From contig NC_092677.1 in NCBI RefSeq assembly GCF_964355755.1, positions 7,524,101 to 7,588,100 of the forward strand: DNA of 64,000 bases, written 5' to 3'. Every line of letters starts with the position of its first letter. Position 1 is the first letter of the stretch. A program made the translations under genes and the position numbers. The stretch comes from Antedon mediterranea. Taxonomy: Eukaryota > Animalia > Echinodermata. Below are positions 52,416 to 64,000 of this stretch, one piece after another. The notes under the pieces were generated by a model. That model was not told the origin of the DNA. It saw nothing but the letters and a program-made list of their open reading frames with translations, and searched no databases.

Positions 52416-55400
52416 GGGTATTGCTAAACTGCGCAAACTGCGCAAACACTGCGCAAACTGCGCAAACACTGCGCAAACAACAAAAAAAGCTGCGCAAACC
52501 TCCTTCAAAACAATTATTATTGACTAGAACACAACTAGAACTATATAGGGAGACAATTTATGAGAAAAAAAATTTGAAATTCCTTTAAGTTTGCCTTTTT
52601 TGGGTTAAAAACTTCAATTTTTGGGAAAATTACTGATTTCACAGCGCAAACAACCACAAAAAGCTGCGCAAACCTCCTTCAAACCAATTAATATTTATTA
52701 GAACACAACTAGAACTATATAGGGAGACAATTTATGGGGAAAAGAATTTGAAATTCCTTTAAGTTTGCCTTTTTTTTGGTGAAAAACTTCAATTTTTAGG
52801 GAAATTACTGATTTCACAGCGCAAACCCCCCAAAAAAGCTGCGCAAACCTCCTTTATATCAATTAATATTGATTGAAACACAACTAGAACTATATAGGGA
52901 GACAAGTTATGGGAAAACAAATTTGAAATTCCTTTAAGTTTGCCTTTTTTTTTGGGTGAAAAACTTCAATTTTTGGGAAAATTACTGATTTCACAGCGCA
53001 AACAACAACAAAAAGCTGCGCAAACCTCCTTCAAAACCATTAATATTGATTGAAACACAACTAGAACTATATATGGAGACAACTTATGGGGAAAAAATTT
53101 AAAATTCCTTTAAGTTTGCCTTTTTTTGGTTGAAAAACTTCAATTTTTGGGAAAATTACTGATTTCACAGCGCAAACAACAACAAAAAGCTGCGCAAACC
53201 TCCTTCAAACCAATTAATATTTATTAGAACACAACTAGAACTATATAGGGAGACAATTTATGGGGAAAAGAATTTGAAATTCCTGTAAGTTTGCCTTTTT
53301 TTTGGTGAAAAACTTCAATTTTTGGGGAAATTACTGATTTCACAGCGCAAACCCCCCAAAAAAGCTGCGCAAACCTCCTTTAAATCAATTAATATTGATT
53401 AAAACACAACTAGAACTATATAGGGAGACAATTTATGGGGAAAAAAATTTGAAATTCCTTTAAGTTTGCCTTTTTTTGGGTGAAAAACTTCAATTTTTGG
53501 GAAAATTACTGATTTCACAGCGCAAACCCCCCAAAAAAGCTGCGCAAACCTCCTTTAAATCAATTGATATTGATTGAAACACAACTAGAACTATATAGGG
53601 AGACAAGTTATGTGGAAAAAAATTTGAAATTCCTTTAAGTTTGCCCTTTTTTGGGTGAAAAACTTCAATTTTTGGGAAAATTACTGATTTCACAGCGCAA
53701 ACAACAACAAAAAGCTGCGCAAACCTCCTTCAAACCAATTAATATTTATTAGAACACAACTAGAACTATATAGGGAGACAATTTATGGGGAAAAAAATTT
53801 GAAATTCCTTTAAGTTTGCCTTTTTTTGGGTGAAAAACTTCAATTTTTGGGAAAATTACTGATTTCACAGCGCAAACAACAACAAAAAGCTGCGCAAACC
53901 TCCTTCAAACCAATTAATATTTATTAGAACACAACTAGAACTATATAGGGAGACAATTTATGGGGAAAAGAATTTGAAATTCCTTTAAGTTTGCCTTTTT
54001 TTTTGGTGAAAAACTTCAATTTTTGGGAAAATTACTGATTTCACAGCGCAAACCCCCCAAAAAAGCTGCGCAAACCTCCTTTAAATCAATTAATATTGAT
54101 TGAAACACAACTAGAACTATATAGGGAGACAAGTTATGTGGAAAAAAATTTGAAATTCCTTTAAGTTTGCCTTTTTTTTTGGGTGAAAAACTTCAATTTT
54201 TGGGAAAATTACTGATTTCACAGCGCAAACAACAACAAAAAGCTGCGCAAACCTCCTTCAAATCAATTAATCTTGATTAAAACACAACTAGAACTGTATA
54301 GGGAGACAATTTATGGGGAAAAAATTTAAAATTCCTTTAAGTTTGCCTTTTTTTGGGTGAAAAACTTCAATTTTTGGGAAAATTACTGATTTCACAGCGC
54401 AAACAACAACAAAAAGCTGCGCAAACCTCCTTCAAACCAATTAATATTTATTAGAACACAACTAAAACTATATAGGGAGACAATTTATGGGGAAAAGAAT
54501 TTGAAATTCCTTTAAGTTTGCCTTTTTTTTGGTGAAAAACTTCAATTTTTGGGGAAATTACTGATTTCACAGCGCAAACCCCCCAAAAAAGCTGCGCAAA
54601 CCTCCTTTAAATCAATTGATATTGATTGAAACACAACTAGAACTATATAGGGAGACAAGTTATGTGGAAAAAAATTTGAAATTCCTTTAAGTTTGCCTTT
54701 TTTTTTGGGTGAAAAACTTCAATTTTTGGGAAAATTACTGATTTCACAGCGCAAACAACAAAAAAAAGCTCCGCAAACCTCCTTCAAATCAATTAATATT
54801 GATTAAAACACAACTAGAACTATATAGGGAGACAATTTATGGGGAAAAAATTTAAAATTCCTTTAAGTTTGCCTTTTTTTGGGTGAAAAACTTCAATTTT
54901 TGGGAAAATTACTGATTTCACAGCGCAAACAACAACAAAAAGCTGCGCAAACCTCCTTCAAACCAATTAATATTTATTAGAACACAACTAGAACTATATA
55001 GGGAGACAATTTATGGGGAAAAGAATTTGAAATTCCTTTAAGTTTGCCTTTTTTTTGGTGAAAAACTTCAATTTTTGGGGAAATTACTGATTTTACAGCG
55101 CAAACCCCCAAGAAAAGCTGCGCAAACCTCCTTTAAATCAATTAATATTGATTAGATAACAACTAGAACTATATAAGGAGACAATTTATGGGAAAACAAA
55201 TTTGAAATTCCTTTAAGTTTGCTTTTTTTGGGGTGAAAAACTTCAATTTTTGGGAAAATTACTGATTTCACAGCGCAAACAACAACAAAAAGCTGCGCAA
55301 ACCTCCTTCAAATCAATTAATATTTATTAAAACACAACTAGACCTATATAGGGAGACAATTTATGGGGAAAACAATTTGAAATTCCTTTAAGTTTGCCTT

Positions 55401-56753
55401 TTTTTTTGGGTGAAAAACTTCAATTTTTGGGAAAATTACTGATTTCACAGCGCAAACAACAAAAAAAGCTACGCAAACCTCCTTTAAATAAATTAATATT
55501 GATTAAAACACAACTAGAACTATATAGGGAGACAATTAATGGGAAAACAAATTTGAAATTCCTTTAAGTTTGCCTTTTTTTGGGTGAAAAACTTCAATTT
55601 TTGGGAAAATTACTGATTTCACAGCGCAAACAACAACAAAAAGCTGCGCAAACCTCCTTCAAATCAATTAATATTTATTAAAACACAACTAGACCTATAT
55701 AGGGAGACAATTTATGGGAAAACAAATTTGAAATTGTCTCCCTATATAGGTCTAGTTGTGTTTTAATTCAATATTAATAGATTTAAAGGAGGTTTGCGCT
55801 CCTTTTTTTTTTCTTGTTTGCGCTGTGAAATCAGTAATTTTCCCAAAAATTGAAGTTTTTCACCCAAAAAAAAGCAAACTTAAAGGAATTTCAAATTTGT
55901 TTTCCCATAAATTGTCTCCCTATATAGGTCTAGTTGTGTTTTAATAAATATTAATTGATTTGAAGGAGGTTTGCGCAGCTTTTTTGGGGGTTTGCGCAGG
56001 CCTTTAAATCTGTGAAATCTTTAATTTTCACAAAAATTGAAGTGTTTAACCCAAAAAAATAAGAAACTTACAGCAATTTAAAATTTTTTTTCCCATCAAT
56101 TGTCTCCCTATATAGTTCTAGTTGTGTTCTAATAAATATTAATTGATTTGAAGGAGGTTTGCGCAGCTTTTTGTTGTTGTTTGCGCTGTGAAATCAGTAA
56201 TTTTCCCCAAAATTGAAGTTTTTCACCCAAAAAAAGGCAAACTTAAAGGAATTTCAAATTTTTTTCCCCATAAATTGTCTCCCTATATAGTTCTAGTTGT
56301 GTTTTAATCAATATTAATTTATTTAAAGGAGGTTTGCGCAGCTTTTTTGGGGGGTTTGCGCTGTGAAATCAGTAATTTTCCCAAAAATTGAAGTTTTTCA
56401 CCAAAAAAAAGGCAAACTTTAAGGAATTTCAAATTGTTTTCCCCATAAATTGTCTCCCTATATAGTTCTAGTTGTGTTCTAATAAATATTAATTGGTTTG
56501 AAGGAGGTTTGCGCAGCTTTTTGTTGTTGTTTGCGCTGTGAAATCAGTAATTTTCCCAAAAATTGAAGTTTTTAACCCAAAAAAGGCAAACTTAAAGGAA
56601 TTTCAAATTTTTTTTCTCATAAATTGTCTCCCTATATAGTTCTAGTTGTGTTCTAGTCAATAATAATTGTTTTGAAGGAGGTTTGCGCAGCTTTTTTTGT
56701 TGTTTGCGCAGTTTGCGCAGTGTTTGCGCAGTTTGCGCAGTTTAGCAATACCC
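52416..56753. mobile_element. Mutator/Foldback-type element built from two opposed ~175-bp satellite arrays
   Basis: Ends GGGTATTGCTAAACTGCGC/GCGCAGTTTAGCAATACCC; 9-bp TSD CTACTAGAC (52407-52415, 56754-56762); ~19 forward and ~6 inverted monomers meeting at ~55733; no coding core. Confidence 0.93.
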
Positions 56754-57231
56754 CTACTAGACTAAGCCTAATTAATTATTAAAATTGTTTTTGTTCTCTT
56801 TGTGGGTGCGTGCCACATTAAATTTTTTCAGATTATGTAAAATATTTAAAATAAAATAGGGTTGGTACAAGTGTAACTTAATACCTTAATCATTTTCTCA
56901 TTTATTATTTTTGCAATAACAAATATGTTATCTTCTATTGTATTATCATTCTAACAAGTTATTTATACACTTGCTTTAATCATGTATTAATTATTTTAGA
57001 TTAATGTCTTAATCTTCAGTGTGTATTATCACTTTTTGTTTCTTTAGGCAATAAAGAACTGTGTTTCTTAATCTATACATATAATTTCTTTTTTTCAAAA
57101 AATTATATTTATTGATATTAATTTAAACATTCCTTTTACCTTTTATTTCAGAAAGATAGACCAAGAATACTAATACTGTACAATAAATTAAATAATCCTG
57201 TGGCGAAGATACTTATTTTACCTGCTGCAAA

Positions 57232-57327
57232 ATGCCATCAGTAAACTGCTGCACAAATTTACAAAATATCTCATTGCGAGATTTAAAAGATGAGTTAAAA
57301 AAGCAATTTAAATACATATGGTCTTCG
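57232..57327 (+). CDS. SLC47: MATE coding exon 1
   Basis: AAAATG start; MPSVNCCTNLQNISLRDLKDELKKQFKYIWSS|GTAAG; upstream acceptor at 57151 implies an earlier UTR exon. Confidence 0.8.
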
Positions 57328-60300
57328 GTAAGATTAGACAGTTATTTATAATTTAATTATAATTATTTCTAAACAATACAGTAGTGACCTATTCTGACAT
57401 CACGTATGAGCTGAGCTGAGTGGTTGTGAGGGATTAAATGATGGTACCCAATCTCTTTGTTGGGCGGTTCCCTTTTCAGATACATGGTTCACAATTTGTA
57501 GTCTGTCCTTAGGGCAGGTGCAGGCATTTCTATTGATCATTTCCAATATTAATTTTCAATATAATATTTATTGTTGTAATAATCTACCTACACAATATTT
57601 GCTTTTCCATTACTAGCATTTCTAAAAATTAACGTATAAAATCAGATTTCACTCTTCCCTGATAAAATCAAACTTTGAATAAATGATAAGAAAAGATAAA
57701 GATTTATTCATAATTTTTATTTTATTATTATTTATTATTTCATTAATGTATTTCTTTATTATAGATTGTTTTCAACTTATCCATCTTCACTGTTACTGTT
57801 ATACCATTGTTGTTTTGTGGACGTCTCGGAAAACTTGAATTCGCATCAGCCTCTCTAGCTACGTCTGTGAGTATTACTAAAACATCATCATAGTATCAAT
57901 CTGATCATCAGTACCATTATTACACCTACACCTTATCTTGCGACATGATGCGTCCCACTATTTTATAGTGTATTAAAATAGTGTTTCCTTTTAATCTCTT
58001 GATTGATTTTTTTCTTGTTTTGTATTCTGTGTGTTTTTTGCATTGATTAGAGAATTACTTACTTACTTATTTAGAACATCATCGTCATAATCAATCTGAT
58101 CATCATTATCAATCTGATCATCATTATCAATCTGATCATCATTATCATTATTTACACCCTATCTTGCGACATGACGCTTGTCACTATTTTATACAGTATA
58201 TTAAAATAGTGTTTCCTTTTAATCTCTTGATTGATTTTTTTCTTGTTTTTTATTTTGTGTGTTTTTGCATGAAGTAAAAATTACTTACTTAATTATTCTT
58301 TACTCCATGGTTTTTGATGATAAATAAAGAATGCTTGAATTTGAATATTTTACAAAATTCAAGTTATTCATAATTATTTAGTTAGTGGTACCCTGTCATT
58401 CCTGGAGTACACTAATTTATTGAATTAATTAGTACAATCATTTCATTTCATTTATCTTTTTATTTCGGAATATCATGGTGACATTATTATATCCATAGCA
58501 TTAGCAAAAGAGAGAAAAAAAAATCTTAATCTAACAGCTCATAGAACAAAAACAAAGATATGTAAATATATGAAGTCAATGCAACAAAGCATTCCATTGT
58601 ATGTGTATTCTTGACACATTAAGAACGTGGCGATTAATGGCCATGATCAAGGAATTACTACTTGCGTTCACACGATTTTTAAAACTAAAAACAGATTTTC
58701 TAATGAACTCATCAAAGGATGGGACGTCATTTAAGACAAACATCATGCTTGCACTACAATGTCTAGGTTGCTTCAGCAGCAAACGTAAGGCATTGTTATA
58801 ACATACTTTCAGTGATTTCAGAGTGCTCTTATTATATCTACACCATAAGGTTGAACAGTACATGCTGACACAGTAACTCTTAAATAGATAACATTTAGTC
58901 TTAGTAGAACATTTTCCAAACTTTCTATTTAGAGAGTTGGCCCTAATGCAAATAGATCGATATTGACGTTTGATGTCACTATCATCACTCAGGTCATTAC
59001 TGATCACATGACCAAGATAGGTTATTGAATTATCAACGATTAGAGGTGCCCCATTTAAGGTAATATGTGGAACACCTTTGAGGTTGCGGACTTTCGGGCA
59101 AAATAGCAAGCATTTGGATTTGGTTTCATTAAAAGTAATATCATGGTCACTAGCAAAACCTTCACAATCAAACTATTTATAGGCTTTAAAGTTTTAATAG
59201 GAATTTTATTTCTGATAATAAGTTATCAGTTGACACTTTTTAATGCTAGATATTTATACTATACTCCATAGTTATAGATTAAATTAAAAACAATAACCTA
59301 TTCATTTTATAATATAGGCAAAGCAATCATTGGTCAAGGTTATTGTATGATTAAACCTGTACAAACAACAATTCACTAATTAACACCTTTTCAATAGTGT
59401 GACCACCCAATAAATATGTATATACATAAGTAGTAGGCTATAGTGTAAACGTAGCTTAAAATGTTCAGCATATAAAACTATTGCAATCATTGTATGTTAT
59501 CAGGTTAACATGTACAAACAACAATTCACTAACACCTATGACATTCATTTGGATAGTGTGACCACCCAATAAATATGCCTGACTTAAAATCTCAGTGGCA
59601 GTGAGTTAAGCCTGAGGGCTAATAGTGTAACGTAGACAAAATTATGTTGTAATTAATAATTATTTCATTTTTTCAGATGATAAACACATTATGTATTTCT
59701 GTTGCAAACGGCCTGTCAACAGCATGTGATACATACTTTGCACAGGTGAAATAAAACATATTGTTTATATTCGTTTCAAGTCACATGACAATGAAAAATA
59801 AATTAGCTGATAAAACTTCTTATTCACCAGAAAGAAACATGCTCTGGTATATTTGATTTAGTTTTTTTAAACTTTTTGGGCAGCAATAACTTTTTTCGTC
59901 TTTAAACGGTTAAAATAAAAATGTGAAAAATAAGTCCAGATAATAATTATAGCGGCCCGCTATAAATCCCAAAATAGATGTATTATTTTTACAAAACGTC
60001 ACAAATTGTAGGGAAGGGGTCTTTAAATATAAATATGGGTGTATTAAGTGGCTAGTATCGGCATGGTCAATACAATGTACAGTATTTTTCTATCGGCATG
60101 GTTTACCTGTATACAAGGTTAGGTTGATTATTTTCAACTGTTTTTAATGTTTAGAGTTTTGCCACTTTCATTTTCAACATTTGTACACTCGTTTGATTCT
60201 AAAGAGATGTAAGAAATAAATTTGTATTGATATTAGATTGAAATTTAATATCGTAGGACCAACGTCAAAATTCAAATCAGCATGGTTGACGTTGAAAACA

Positions 60301-63300
60301 TTTGATTTGACCTCTGTTTTGTTTAATAGCCAATCAACTTCTTATCAACTGTCTAATCTAACCATATGTGTTTCTTTAAATTTTTGAAATAATAAACTAA
60401 TTTTCTTTTGTTTCCCTGTCATACTAGATGTTCGGTAGCAGTAACAAAAAGGGTATTGGAACAGTTTTACAGCGCAGCATTCTCATTTTAAACACTTTTT
60501 CACTTATTATATTGGCTATAATACCAAATATGGAAAGTGTTTTAATATTAATGAATGTTAAACCAGACATTGCAAGGTATGCACTTTCTATAAATAATTT
60601 ATGTATAATTACTATATACTAGATGGTACGCTCGCTTCGCTCGCGTACCATCTAGGTCGTGCCCACAGATGGTTCTCGAATACATAATAATTTCAGCGTT
60701 AAAAAACTGACGATTTCAAATGTACGTACAATAATACATGTCGTTTACAGGAACGAATAAATAGACACTGATTTATGTACTCAACTAACATTAGCACTCT
60801 GGGAATTACTTCCGAAAGAGAAACTTGTCACAAAATGAGACCAATTGTTTAAGTCAAATTTAAACAAACTTAACTTTGTGTTTTGTATGTAACATTAGGG
60901 TTGAGGGATGGGGAAGAGGATGGGTGCAAAGAGGAACAATTTTTAAATATATGCTTTATCCATTTAGTAACAAAATATTAATTGTTTTCATGTTTTACAA
61001 ATAATATACCACTAAACACAGTAAAACATTGCGATGTAATACTTTGTTGAAACTATCAGTATCACCGTCCTAGTAGATTGAAATAGCAGTACAGGTAACG
61101 ATACATCACTACGACGTGTATGTTTATATAATGTAAAACAATTTGTGAAAACCACCTCTATTCGGGGAAAATCATAAATTCGATTTAATCGTCAATAATA
61201 TTAAATTATCTAACTCAACTTAATTAGTAGGCCTAATGGTTTTCAATTGTTTCTTAGAGCCAAGTCATACTTAAGTTGGTTCCTACCCTACCCACCAAAG
61301 TTGTTTTGCGTTTAGGGCATATGATGCACCGTATAGGCCTATCAGGCTCTACTATGGCTTTACAACGCTACTCATGCTAGTGAGAGAAGGGTGATGATGT
61401 GGGTGGTTTAACTGCAATAATAAAGATTTGTACATAATATACGGCGACTGAAAACGCTAGCACTAGCTCATTATCCGTTTAAAAAAAATTATATCCAACC
61501 TCTGCAGCACAGATTGAAAAAAAAATAGATCGAATTTCTGTTATGAGTATACAGTACTTTCCTTTACGACGCCTGAGGGAATAGACACTTGTGGAACGAC
61601 ACAGAGATTAGAATGTTCCATTCATCGCATTTGTATAATCGTATATTAAATCTATCAAAATAGTATTTTTTAAAGAAAATCGGCCTGTCTTCAACATTAT
61701 GATGGTGTACTCTAGCTGTTCAACCGGTTTTCAGCTATTAAAAACAATTATCGTAGGAGGAGATAGGAAAATGCGAAGCCTCCTCGCATTTTTGTGGCGG
61801 GTATTTTTAAAGATGGACATCCATTAGACAGTGTATACCACGATCGGAAAACACCCCTATTTGGGGCAAATCGTTGAACCTAAATTCGTTTTAATCGTCA
61901 ATAACGAATTATCTAACTTAATTTAATTAGTAAACAGGGTTACATCAGGTGGTTAAAATCAGTACCGAAAGTACGAACCAACTTTATATACCATCGAGTA
62001 AAAATTCTAGAAGTAAGGCGCGATTTACCGAATTTTGCCCTTACGTAAATTTATATATAGATGAGCAAGTGAATTCTGGGTAATTTAATGGGTGGGTTTA
62101 TTATTAATATTACAGGAAATGCATAACAGTGGATTTACATTTGTTGTGTTGAATTTAGCCTAAATTAAAATCATACGTCATTGCAGTTACAAATGTAGTT
62201 AAACAATAACTGCAGTAGAATAAATTTGAAATTTATTTCAGAACATTTATTTCTCTTTTCTTTTCAATTAACAGTGTTTGTGAAAAAACAATTTTACATA
62301 AGAGAGGCGAACCCCAGAAAGTGTAAACATGTAGTGGGCTGCCAAAAAATATAAAAAAATCATAAAAAAACCAAAGTAAACAAAAATAACCTATTGAAAA
62401 TATCAATGAAATTTGAATTAATATTATTTAAGATTCAGTGATTGTATGTGGATGATAGATGCCTTTTTAGCTTAAATGAGAAATTTTTTTTTGTTTTTTT
62501 GTTGGTATTACTCAAATTTACTTTCTGAAATACCAATTCTGAAGATTATACAGTATGATGTAATCATGGAGGTCTATGATGCAATGATAAACATATTTGT
62601 AGATTTTACACATCATGTGATTTTGTGTTGCAATATTTTACTGTAAACTGCAATGTCATGTGACATTGCTTATTCAAACAAATAACAAAAACAATACTGT
62701 CTATAAATAATTTGCGAAAGTGTAATACTAGAATACTAGAAGTCAAAGTATGCTTGTTGAGATTAGAAAGAAACAATAGTCAATATACCTTTCATTGTTA
62801 TGTGATAATCAGGATCAATATTTATTTTCAGCATAGGAATAGGTCCATGGTTTCAGTTTTAAAACCATTTTATAAAAGATGATATTTTTTTTGTGAAAAT
62901 GTTTACAAAAAAACACCTTTGATTTAACTACAGTACAATGGTATCATACAATAATGCTCAGTTTGATAACAAAAATCTGCACAAAAGGCTTTATGGTGGA
63001 TATACAGTTTATTAGTCAGTTTACTCTTTAACTCTAAATTCTGTATAATTATTGTCTTTTTATATGTTAGTCCACCAGTCAGCATTTAAATTTTTGTCTG
63101 CTCAAGTATTATATGTATGAAATGCCATGTGTGCCAAAATATTTATTCTTCAAGATTATTATTATTTATTATAACTTTCCTTTAACTTTTTATTATAACT
63201 TTCTTTCTACAAGGCTGAGTTGATATTAGAATTGTTATTTTGTAGAAATAAACTACTAAACAATATACAGTACAAATATGTAAAACACAATTTATTTGAA

Positions 63301-63756
63301 AAGCAGTCTAGAACCTAGACTAACCTTTCCCATGCCGTTTTTAGTCTAAAATACTGTATGAGAATAATACATTTTTTTTTTGCAGAATGTCTGGAATTTT
63401 TATTGTTCACTTTATGCCCGCGGTCCCTGTAAGTATTGTTTTCATTTGATTTAATTTTTGCAGCAATTCTATTTTATTCCATCAACAATTTTTATTTTAC
63501 AATGAAAATCAACATGCATATCAAAGTGAAAAGAAGCACTGGAATCATTTACAGTCATAGCACTTAGCAGATTATATAACCATCCAGCTAAATAATAATT
63601 ATTTTTAATTTAGGTTGTTTTGACCAATGGTGTATTAGTAAAATATCTTCAAAACAACAATCATTTGCTGCCAGTTGTGTGCTGTACCTTGACAAGTAAT
63701 GGTGCTAGTGCCTTATTCTGCTATGTATTTATATACAAATTTGATATGGGAATCAG
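57232..63756 (+). CDS. SLC47: SLC47/MATE multidrug and toxin extrusion transporter, 5' six coding exons (continues beyond window)
   Basis: Phase-consistent GT-AG exons 57232-57327, 57765-57866, 59677-59745, 60428-60576, 63386-63428, 63614-63756. Motifs FCGRLGKLEFASASLA, GLSTACDTYFAQ, FGSSNKKGIGTVLQRSILIL, KYLQN. Confidence 0.92.
57765..57866 (+). CDS. SLC47: MATE coding exon 2 (102 bp)
   Basis: TAG/GTGAGT; IVFNLSIFTVTVIPLLFCGRLGKLEFASASLATS. Confidence 0.92.
57880..58291 (+). repeat. Intronic tandem duplication (~195-215 bp unit)
   Basis: Two copies containing ATCTTGCGACATGA...TATTAAAATAGTGTTTCCTTTTAATCTCTTG...TTACTTACTT. Confidence 0.85.
58441..59163 (-). mobile_element. 5'-truncated non-LTR retrotransposon (RT C-terminus, Proto2/RTE-group-like)
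   Basis: ORF ..CEGFASDHDITFNETKSKCLLF..TYLGHVI..LFKSYC..LW; (TGAAA)n tail; 7-bp flanking direct repeat ACAATCA (58434-58440, 59164-59170). Confidence 0.9.
59677..59745 (+). CDS. SLC47: MATE coding exon 3 (69 bp)
   Basis: CAG/GT; MINTLCISVANGLSTACDTYFAQ. Confidence 0.92.
60428..60576 (+). CDS. SLC47: MATE coding exon 4 (149 bp)
   Basis: TAG/GTATG; MFGSSNKKGIGTVLQRSILIL...NMESVLILMNVKPDIAR. Confidence 0.92.
60619..62061 (-). mobile_element. Non-autonomous canonical Helitron
   Basis: On the minus strand starts TCTATATATA (62061), ends with GC hairpin + CTAG (60619), inserted between A and T with no TSD. Confidence 0.85.
63386..63428 (+). CDS. SLC47: MATE coding exon 5 (43 bp)
   Basis: T-run CAG/GTAAGT; MSGIFIVHFMPAVP; phase fits neighbours. 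Confidence 0.88.
63614..63756 (+). CDS. SLC47: MATE coding exon 6 (143 bp)
   Basis: TAG/GT; VVLTNGVLVKYLQNNNHLLPVV...YVFIYKFDMGI. Confidence 0.88.
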
Positions 63757-64000
63757 GTACATATAAGGCTTTTTTCTTCTGCCAAAGATATACCGTATAT
63801 ATACAGTATGTTTTCATTCATGGTATATTTTTGGCAAAAGAAATGGTGCTCTAAAAAACAACAGTATACTCTATTTAACATACCCTGTATTTAACCTTTG
63901 TACTCTCAATTTTCTTTGTGCATTTAATAGAGTATTTGGTAATAGATACCATATTTTGCAGATGCAGTTTCTGCCAGCATGCCTAAACTTCTATTCTATA

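Noticed and set aside
53490-55944. ORFs within the 175-bp satellite
   Set aside because: Chance open frames in tandem monomers.
63931-64000. Next MATE exon at acceptors 63930 or 63961
   Set aside because: The 63961 option hits a stop in phase; the 63930 option is open but lacks a recognisable MATE motif. Left uncalled.

Overview
AT-rich eukaryotic (invertebrate animal, probably echinoderm-like; inference) genomic DNA, not prokaryotic. Two spliced host transporter genes face away from each other. A divergent SLC17/sialin-like MFS gene lies on the minus strand (8 well-supported exons 28368-31784 plus a probable first coding exon at 46141-46311, ~456 aa). The 5' half of an SLC47/MATE gene lies on the plus strand (exons from 57232, running off the window). 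Most of the rest is mobile DNA. The most striking structure is an 18.8 kb head-to-tail array of twelve ~1.56 kb non-coding Helentron/HINE-like rolling-circle units (8049-26853) with an invariant 43-bp 3' terminus, two alternative 5' heads and combinatorially shuffled bodies. Other elements: a 4.3 kb Mutator/Foldback element made of opposed ~175-bp satellite arrays with a 9-bp TSD, an internally deleted Academ element with XPG-like remnants, a decayed IS3EU-type transposase preceded by five in-frame exons, Harbinger/MULE/Kolobok-type MITEs, a classical Helitron, two LINE fragments, and a rearranged duplication (1-5946 vs 35253-39166). All calls were made by eye; family names rest on recalled diagnostic motifs and need database confirmation.
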